Assembly: GCA_964016885.1 (NCBI GenBank)
Contig: OZ024754.1
Span: 13,454,001-13,518,000, forward strand
Reading direction: 5' to 3'
Length of the DNA stretch: 64,000 bases
Source of the DNA: Eledone cirrhosa
Taxonomy: Eukaryota
Shown: positions 54,604 to 64,000 of the stretch, piece after piece
Numbering within the stretch: the stretch's first letter is position 1
Layout: each line of letters starts with the position of its first letter
Position numbers and translations under genes: made by a program
The notes under the pieces: model-generated
Told to the model about the DNA's origin: nothing
Database searches by the model: none
What the model saw: the letters and a program-made list of their open reading frames with translations, nothing else

Positions 54604-55300
54604 CGTGTGTGTGCATGTATGTATGTGCGTGTATATGTGTATGTTACACACATAAATAACTTAATTTCTATGACATCTCTCACTTAACACATGTTGTACT
54701 TAAGTGAGATATTTAGTGATCCATTTTGAAATATTAGAGGGAAATAACTCTTCCTATTATATATATATATATATACAAATATAAATTCAGCGAGAATCGC
54801 ATTTCGGCGGGTAGAAAAAGCGAAACGAAACGCAAAAATCAGAGTTATGCTAGCAAGCGCTCCATAGTTAAAAAACTAGAGCTAAACAATATGTTAAAAC
54901 GCCATACAAACTGAAAAAGTGGTCAAGAAGGCATTAACCACCTAAGCCAAAAAACAAGTCAAGCTAAACAGGTCAAACAAAATAAATGATAAAAACAGAC
55001 ATATATATATATTTATATCAACTATCTCAATATATACATATATAGCAACTATCTCAATAGTGATTTAATATAGTTAGCAGTAGGTTTTTCCACCCAAGGG
55101 AAATAATTGCTACTTACTTCCTGTCTATAACTAAGTTATTTCTAATAAAAAATGGCGAAATAAAAAGAAAAGATCGATTCAATTAAAGCTTGAAATATTA
55201 CTACACACAAGGGGAAATTCTAAGTAGGCATTATTTTCTTCTTATTGTACGCAGAAACACGCAAATACACATACACACATTCACACACATTCACACACAC

Positions 55301-55392
<92 letters not shown>

Positions 55393-55689
55393 ATGAATCG
55401 AAAAACTTGGCGAAGACAACGGAAAAACGGACAAAACACAGGATAGTCACTCACTTCGCATCAGTCGACTGCTGGAGCTCCTCATGGTTTCGGTACTTTA
55501 AGGTCGATACAACTAGTTCCAGTGCACATAGGACAGTGACAAATGGTCAACAAATCAATGTGCTGCAACTGGAAAGAAACATTAGAAACAAACCCCAAAG
55601 TATTAGTCGAAAAGAGAAAGTATGCACCCTCTCGTTACTCTTTCCGTGTTGTGTCTGGCTTTAGAGGGCTTACGTCCAAACGAACAATT

Positions 55690-56130
55690 TGTTTCTCAGT
55701 TGACAACCGTTAATGCATCGGACAAAATACTTTGTTGCATTTAGTTACAGCCCTTTACATTCTGAGGGAGGTGTATTGGCAGAACCCTTAGGGCGTTGGA
55801 CTAAATGCTTTGCGATATTTGTTTCAGCTTTTTACGTTCAGAGTTCAAATGCCACAGTGGTCAGCGTCACCTTTCATCCTTCTAGCGTTGATAAAATAAA
55901 GTACCAGTAAAGGACTTGGAGGGGGTTGATATAATCGAATTTTCCCCTCCTTCAAATGTGGGGGCCTCGTGTCTAAATTAAAAATTAATATTAATAATCA
56001 GATATGATATGTATTCTCAGCAATGTTATCCCGCCGAGGTTAACTTTGCCTGTCATCCTTACGGGGTCGATAAAATAAAGTACCAGTAATACACTGGGTA
56101 ATTGCTGGCCTTGTGCCAAAAGTAGAAACA
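55690..56130 (+). mobile_element. SINE family 1 cluster
   Basis: An old copy at about 55765-55980 and a truncated young copy at 56029-56130. Confidence 0.75.
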
Positions 56131-56169
56131 GTTATTATTTCAACAATATATGTATTGCGCGATGTAATC

Positions 56170-56457
56170 AACTTTTCATGCATGCTCTCGTGTGTTGCAA
56201 GCAGCGCGTTGAGTTGGTGCTTATCCCGGTTTCATGGCGTGAAGCGAATGAGAGTACAAGACTTCTCCCTGGACAGGACGCCAGTGATCGCAGGTTGAAT
56301 CCCCGGCTATTGCAGGTACTCATTTTCAGCTGCGTATACTGGAGCAACGTGAAATGAAGTGTTTGTTTACAAGAACACAACACGCAACCCAGCCCAGGAA
56401 TCGAACCCACGACATTACTATCGTAAGTGCATCACCCTTACCACTAGGCTACGAGCT
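56170..56457 (-). mobile_element. SINE family 2
   Basis: ggagcaacgtgaaatgaagtg..ggaatcgaaccc (B box)..accactaggcta (A box). Confidence 0.75.
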
Positions 56458-56769
56458 TTCATCATCATCATCAATCAACTCTCCACTCCACCAAAATTAC
56501 TAGTTTTGTGCCTATGTTAAAAACAATTATTTTTCTACACTCTTTGAAATTGGTTCTGAGAAGTTCGATTAGTTTCTTAATTCTTAAATACGGAGTTCAT
56601 CACGTTCTGTGTTTTAAGAAAGAGAAAAAGAAAATTTAGAAAACGGAAGTTCTAATCTTATTTTACTAAATCTTCAAATCTTTATCTAAATGTTTCTATA
56701 TCTCAATCAAAATTGTCACAAGATATTTCATCACACGAATAACAAATATCAATTTGAAGGATTTTATTG

Positions 56770-58830
56770 GTGTAGTGTAGTGTAGTGTGGTGTAGTGTAG
56801 TGAGGTTTGTTGTAGTGTAGTGTGGTGTAGTGTAGTGTGGTGTGGTGTAGTGTGGTGTGGTGTAGTGAGGTTTGTTGTAGTGTAGTGTGGTGAAGTGTAG
56901 TGTGGTGTAGTGTAGTGAGGTTTGTTGTAGTGTAGTGTGGTGTAGTGTAGTGTGGTGTGGTGTAGTGTGGTGTGGTGTAGTGAGGTTTGTTGTAGTGTAG
57001 TGTGGTGTAGTGTAGTGAGGTTTGTTGTAGTATAGTGTAGTGCAGGGTAGTGTGGTGTGGTGTAGTGTGGTGTGATGTAGCGTAGTGTCGTGTGATGTAG
57101 TGTGGTGTAGTGTAGTGTTGTGTAGTGTAGTGTAGTGTAGTGTGGAGCGGTGTAGTGTGGTGCGGTGTAATGTAGTGTTGTGTGGTGTAGTGTGGTGTAG
57201 TGTAGTGTAGTGTGGTGTGGTGTAGTGAAGTATGGTGTAGTGTAGTGTTTTGTGGTGTAGTGTAGTGTGGTGTAGTGTAGTGTAGTGTACTGTAATGTGG
57301 TGTGGTGTAATGTAGTATCGTGTGGTGTGGTGTGGTGTGGTGTAGTGTACTGTAGTGTAGTATGGTGTGATATGGTGTGGTGTAGTGTAGTTTACTATAT
57401 ATATATATACTAATATATATATTGTGTAGTGTAGTGTGGTGTGGTGTAGTCTGGTGCAGTGTAGTGTGTGTGGTGTAGTGTGGTGCGGTGTAGTGTAGTG
57501 TGGTGTAGTGTAGTGTGGTATGGTGTGGTGTGGTGTAGTGTAGTGAGGTTTTTTGTAGTGTGGTTTAGTGTTGTGTGGGGTAGTGTGTTGTACTGTAGTG
57601 TACTGTAATGCGGTATGGTGTAGTGTAGTGTACTGCAATGTGGTGTAGTATGAGGTGGTCTAGTGTGGTGTAGTGTACTGTAACGCAGTATGGTGTAGTG
57701 TGGTGTGGTGTAGTGTAGCGTAGTGTGATGTAGTGTGGTATAGTGTAGTGTGGTGTAGTGCAGTTTACTGTAGTGTAGTGTAGTGTGGTGTAGTTAAGTG
57801 TGGTGTAGTGTGGTGTAGTGTGGTGTACTGTATTGTGGTCTGGTGTAGTGTGGTGTAGTCTAGTGTGGTGTAGTGTGGTGTACTGTATTGTGGTCTGGTG
57901 TAGTGTGGTGTGGTGTAGTGTAGTGTGGTGTAGTGTGGTGTAGTGTAGTATGGTGCGGTGTAGTGTACTCTATTGTGGTCTGATGTAGTGTAGTGTGGTG
58001 TAGTGCAGTGTGGTGTAGTGTAGTGTACTGTATTGTGGTCTGATGTAGTGTAGTGTGGTGTAGTGTGGTGTGGTGTAGTGTAGTGTGGTGTAGTGAAGTG
58101 TGGTGTGGTGTAGTGTGGTCTGGTGTAGTCTAGTGTAGTTTAGTGTGGTGTGGTGTGGTGTAGTGTGGTGTAGTTCAGTGTGGTGTAGCGTGGTGTACTG
58201 TATTGTGGTCTGGTGTAGTGTAGTGTGGTGTGGTGTAGCGTGGTGTAGTTTAGTGTGGTGTGGTGTAGTGTGGTGTGGTGTAGTGTGGTGTAGTGTAGTG
58301 TGGTATAGTGTAGTGTGGTGTGGTGTAGTGTGGTGTAGTTTAGTGTGGTGTGGTGTAGTGTGGTGTAGTTTAGTGTGGTGTAGTTTACTGTACTGTATTG
58401 TGGTCTGGTGTAGTGTAGTGTGGTGTAGTCTTGTGTGGTGTAATTTAGTGTAGTGTACTGTAATGTTTTGTGGTGTAGTGTGGCGTGGTGTGGTGTAGTG
58501 TAGTGTGGTGTGGTGTAGTGTCGTGTAGTGTAGTGTAGTGTGGTGTAGTGTAGTGTGGCGTGGTGTGGTGTAGTGTAGTGTGGTGTGGTGTAGTGTCGTG
58601 TAGTGTGGTGTAGTGTAGTGTGGTGTAGTGTAGTGTGGCGTGGTGTGGTGTAGTGTAGTGTGGTGTGGTGTAGTGTCGTGTAGTGTCGTGTAATGTAGTG
58701 TAGTGTGGTGTAGTGTAGTGTGGCGTGGTGTGGTATAGTGTAGTGTGGTGTAGTTTAGTGTGGCATGGTGTAGTGTAGTGTGGTGTAGTTTAGTGTAGTG
58801 TACTGTAATGTAGTGTAGTGTAGTGTGGTT
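56770..58830. repeat. (GTGTA/GTGTG)n pentanucleotide satellite
   Basis: Direct reading. Confidence 0.95.
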
Positions 58831-59617
58831 TGGATAAGTGAGTGAGTGAGTGAGGAAGTGAGTGAGTGAAGGAATGAATGAATGAATGTATGAGTGGGTG
58901 GGTGAATGAGTGTAGTGGGTGAAGGGGGGAGAGTTAGGGAGTGAGGGAATATATAAGTGAGTGACGGTAAACATTTCCGACTAAGAACCCTTCAGGACTT
59001 CTAACGAAATCAGACTCAGCGATCATAACCACACTAACGTATATAGATATATTTATTAGAAAATTTATATCATTTGATTTCTAATTTAGATATGACCGGG
59101 GTACGGGCAATGTTGATTGAAAGATATTTTATTTTTATCGATTCATCCTTCAGGGGTCGATAAAAAAAAATACTAGTTAAATACTGCTTTTTTTCCCACC
59201 CCAAAGTTCTGGCATTGAATCAATTTTATAAAGAATGATTTGTGTTATTTACAAATTGATATTTAAACATCATTTGAATTGGTTATTATATGTTAATGTA
59301 ATTCAAATCTATTCTCAACATGGAAATGAGAGTGAGACACTGCCACCCCCACCCCCACACCCCCGCCACCACCAAAACCACCATCACCACCACCACCACA
59401 ACAACAACAACAATCACTACTACTACTATCACCGCCTCCACCGCTGCCACCACCACCGCCACCACCACCACACCACCACCCATCATTATCACCGCCCAGC
59501 AAGGACACCAGATTTGTAACTGTGTTATAATTACTAATATTGTTGTTGCTGTTTAGCCAGAGGTCAGAGATGATCAAAGCGTTGAAGATATGATCATCCC
59601 ATATTATTTTCAGACTA

Positions 59618-59800
59618 GCGGTGGATTGGCAGTATCGGTAGAGGGTCGGACGCCATGCTTTCCAGCATAGTTACGTCCCTTTACGATCTGAGTTCAAATC
59701 CCGCCGAGGTTGACTTTTCCTTTCATTTTTACGGGGTCGATAAAATAAAGTACCAGTAATGCACTGGGTAATTGCTGGCCTTGTGCCTAAAGTAGAAACA
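59618..59800 (+). mobile_element. SINE family 1, full length, 15-bp TSD
   Basis: attattttcagacta at 59603-59617 and 59801-59815. A box tggcagtatcggtag, B box gagttcaaatccc. Confidence 0.92.
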
Positions 59801-60089
59801 ATTATTTTCAGACTATGTATCCTGATCTATATTATCGATTGTGATTTTCATTTTTTCTATCTATCTATTTATCTATATGTATGTATATATATATATATAT
59901 ATATATACAATACATGAACAGAGAAAGCCTTAAGCGATACTCTGACCAACTCCATCTCACTCAACAAACATAAGGATATACTTAAGTATTTTCCCAATTT
60001 AGTGTTTGGGGTGCTAACTAATCAGTATTGTGTGGATAGCTAGTTGTATTATTTTATATGAGATATTATTAAATAAATATCTCATTTCT

Positions 60090-60213
60090 TCCAGACGGCC
60101 GTTTCGTTATAAGATTTCTACAATTTGAGATAAATAATTTCCAGGTTATGTAGAAACTTGTATATAATCCATAGTTTTATACACAAGCGGGCTCTTATAA
60201 ACTCATCAGTGGA
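60090..60213 (-). ncRNA. Type I hammerhead ribozyme (family M), branched stem II
   Basis: UCCA CUGAUGA GUUUAUAAGA[two hairpins]UCUUAUAAC GAAA CGGCCG UC UGGA. Confidence 0.75.
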
Positions 60214-60606
60214 TGCCCAATTAATAACGATATAAGAATTATATCGACATTATATAACTTTTTAGTCCAGCCAGCGACTTGAAAACTCTGGTACAAACAC
60301 TACACTTGTAACAATTATTGACACATAGTGCTGGGCCCATGGTACCATATGACGACAAGTGCAGAGAGATCTCCAGATATAAAGCAATGCCTGTGCCGTG
60401 AAGCTTTTATAGTGAGCAAAGGCACTGCACAAAGCCAGTCCCACTCTCTTAACCAAGATGATATTTACCAAAAAGAAGAACAAGTCAACATCATTGGATA
60501 CCATCAGGGTTGCAGGTGTTATATCAGAGTTTTCCTTCTCCTAGAATTCTGCCTTGACAAATATATATACAAATATATATGTATATACATACATATATAT
60601 ATATAT

Positions 60607-60704
<98 letters not shown>

Positions 60705-60707
60705 ATC

Positions 60708-61853
60708 ATAATCTATAAAGCTCAGTGTGTGGTCATGCTCCTTTCTTATAGAAATCTACGATATAGAATTTCTTCAATTGAAATTTACAATTCAGTATTC
60801 GAAATAGCTTCGATTGCGTCTTGGCACAGATAATTTTTTCAATTTCACCCACAATTACGCAAAAAATAGATAAAACTCAATATTTTACGATTTTTCTCTG
60901 TCATTTAAACTGCTAAACTCTTTCCACTACCATTCAAAATCTATACAACTTCATACTTTCTGCTACTTTCACTTTCCAAGCTTGATGGTGATACTGTCCG
61001 TTTTACTCTCTCATATCATCTGTTTTTCCTCTAACTACAACCTACACATTTTGCTACTTTCTCTTTTATACAGATACATTTATTCAACAACAAGCGATAA
61101 ATCTTTTTTAAAACCTCTTTTCCAAACGCATACAAACACACACTCACTTCAACAACAACAACAACAATCTGCCTTTTATAGATAATGATAAACAATAATA
61201 TCCTCTATGAGGTCACTAAACCTGCTAGAAACAGCAGCTAACTCTCCCCCATATCACACCCCTCCCTAATGTCTTAAATTTAGAAAACATATCTTCTATG
61301 AGGTCACTAAACCTGCTAGAAACAGCAGTTAACTCTCCCCCATAACACACCACTCCCTACTGTCTTAAATTTAGAAAACACATATCCTCTATGAGGTTAC
61401 TAAACCTGCTAGAAGCAGCAGCTAACTCTCCCCTATATTACACACTCCCTACTGTCTTAAATTTAGAAAACACATATCCTCTATGAGGTCACTAAACCTG
61501 CTAGAAACAACAGCTAACTCTCCCTCATATCACAACCCTCCCTACTGTCTTAAATTTAGAAAACACACAGACAACCATGCAGAACAACTCCATCGCAGCT
61601 CTGTTGTTCGGCTGGCATCGTCTACGCGCGTGTTGCGCAAGTACTGTGAAACAATAAATTTCAACACTTTTTTGCACAGAGATAATATCCATAGGCAAAA
61701 CTACAATTGTCACTGCTGGCGCAGCTCCTGCTTCCAGGTCTGCAATTCATTCACCCAGTGCCTGGCAGACAAAAAAGTGCTGCCATAAAATGGGTGGTGC
61801 AACCTAACTTTGGTAACATAATGACCCCGAGCAACGCCGGGCTTTAATGCTAG
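60708..61853 (+). mobile_element. Probable non-autonomous Helitron
   Basis: 3' hairpin cccgagcaacgccggg followed by CTAG-t. Putative 5' a-tctataaagc start. The extent is inferred. Confidence 0.5.
61200..61566. repeat. ~92-bp tandem repeat, 4 copies
   Basis: ctatgagg at 61205, 61296, 61389 and 61481. Confidence 0.9.
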
Positions 61854-61907
61854 TATATATATATATAAATGAAAAGTATAGAAATTATTATGAGCAAGAA
61901 GCACACA

Positions 61908-62094
<187 letters not shown>

Positions 62095-62100
62095 TATACT

Positions 62101-62132
<32 letters not shown>

Positions 62133-62188
62133 TATGTATGTGTATATATATATATATACGTATATATGTATATATATATATATGTGTG

Positions 62189-62273
<85 letters not shown>

Positions 62274-62294
62274 GTATATATATATATATATGTA

Positions 62295-62541
62295 TATATA
62301 AACAAAAATGTCTGTCTCTATGCAGGCGATGCATTTCCACAATTTCCATCCGATTTTATTCAAATATGATTTATAGATTATTTAGCTCCCGATGCATGTC
62401 AACATTTAATTTCAATCTTTCTCTCCGCTAAAATACAGGAGTTCTGGGGCCATTTAAAGACGGCCATGTTAAAAAGAGAGGGTGGGTTCTTTATTTACAG
62501 TGGCGAAAGGTGTGCCCGGCAACGACGGGCTCTTTTGCTAG
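62295..62541 (+). mobile_element. Probable short non-autonomous Helitron
   Basis: 3' hairpin gcccggcaacgacgggc followed by CTAG-t. Confidence 0.5.
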
Positions 62542-63177
62542 TATCTAATAAAAGGGGTTAAGGATGAGGTTTGGGAGGAATTTAGGTGCTGTTTCTAGCA
62601 GTTTTAGCGCCTGTGTAGAGGTTTCCTTCGCTGATATTTCTGTAAATTTCTGAATCGACCATTGTAGTAATAAACAGAGACTTCCGGTGTGGTGAGATCG
62701 TCAACGAACTCAGCGTTAAACAGATGAAAAGATGTTCACTTCATTTCATCCATTGATTCGTTTACGTATATTTTACACATCCTATCTCAATACCACTCCA
62801 CTAAACTCCTTGATAAACAATCGTGGCTTTCAATGCTGTTCAAGACAATTTGAATGAGATAGTAAAAATCATTGTCAGCAACTATTTCAGAAAGATGTGC
62901 TATGTGTACTTTAATGTTCGGTTTATTTCGTGAGATATATAGGGAGCAAACATCAACACCATCTTGATAATATTTTACTATGTCATAAATAGAGGAATGG
63001 AGTCAACAGATAGAAGGTTTATTGATCGAGATTGTCTGCAAGGAGTTTTGGCACATTATCTCCATTTCTTTATCTATCTGTCATTTTTTTCCTTCTCAAT
63101 ATATAATCATATGTTTGCGTTTTATCTGTCCGTATGTGAATACTTATACATACATATATGCAAAATATATATGATAA

Positions 63178-63233
<56 letters not shown>

Positions 63234-63639
63234 TGGCTGCCAACTCGTTTTCGAGTACGGCCACAACTTTATATCCATGTAGGAGAACCCCTACCAATGC
63301 GCTGAACGAGTGTGACTTTTTAGTCCAGCCAGCGACTTGAAAACTCTGGTACAAACACTACATTTGTGACAATTATTGACACATAGTGCTGGGCCCATGG
63401 TACCATGTGACAAGTGCAGAGGGATCTCCAGATATAAAGCAATGCCTGTGCCGTGAAGCTTTTATAGTGAGCAAAGGCACTGCACAAAGCCAGTCCCACT
63501 CTCTTAACCAAGATGATATTTACCAAAAAGAAGAACAAGTCAACATCATTGGATACCATCAGGGTTGCAGGTGTTATATCAGAGTTTTCCTTCTCCTAGA
63601 ATTCTGCCTTGACAAAGGCTAAGGGGTCATCTCTCCCAG

Positions 63640-63733
<94 letters not shown>

Positions 63734-63758
63734 ATATATATATATTTATTGTATAGAA

Positions 63759-63811
63759 GAGCTTCTACAGGACTAGTACTGTTTCATTCAGATGAAATCT
63801 TCAGGAAGCTC
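63759..63811 (-). ncRNA. Type I hammerhead ribozyme (family A)
   Basis: Inverted copy of 63871-63923. Confidence 0.85.
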
Positions 63812-63870
63812 TGTATTCAGAAATTTACAGAAATATCAGCGAAGGAAACCTCTACACAGGCGCTAAAAAG

Positions 63871-63923
63871 GAGCTTCCTGAAGATTTCATCTGAATGAAA
63901 CAGTACTAGTCCTGTAGAAGCTC
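63871..63923 (+). ncRNA. Type I hammerhead ribozyme (family A)
   Basis: GAGCUUC CUGAAGA UUUCA-UC-UGAAU GAAA CAG-UACUAGUC-CUG UA GAAGCUC. Stem I is 7 bp. Confidence 0.88.
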
Positions 63924-64000
63924 CTTCTATACAATAAATATATTTTACTCTGCCATGTATTGAGTACCTTACTTACTGTGGTTATCCCCGACTCAACTCG

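Noticed and set aside
56703-58974. HYTT-repeat ORFs or a telomeric array
   Set aside because: A pentanucleotide satellite, not TTAGGG.

Overview
This is AT-rich, microsatellite-saturated eukaryotic DNA. The SINE types suggest a cephalopod such as Octopus, which is an inference from sequence recall. I found no supportable host gene, and almost all ORFs in the track are translations of simple repeats. Recognisable content: fragments of an L1/Tx1 LINE, an RTE LINE and two Penelope-like elements (PLEs; RT and GIY-YIG), two tRNA-derived SINE families, two hAT MITEs, probable Helitron ends and many mini/microsatellites. The main hidden signal is about 25 type I hammerhead ribozyme (HHR) motifs (stem I-CUGANGA-stem II-GAAA-stem III-UH-stem I) in about 12 sequence families, all folded by eye. 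Most sit in short modules embedded in (TA)n, arranged as fold-back palindromes or as tandem units of 420-630 nt. They show compensatory changes between copies, palindromic loop III, and in several cases unusually long or branched stem II. Several palindromes fold back exactly at a ribozyme helix, and three modules contain or abut copies of DNA from 1-3 kb away. HHRs in PLE termini and retrozymes are established knowledge. The density, structural variants, fold-back geometry and local templated captures are what merit follow-up.
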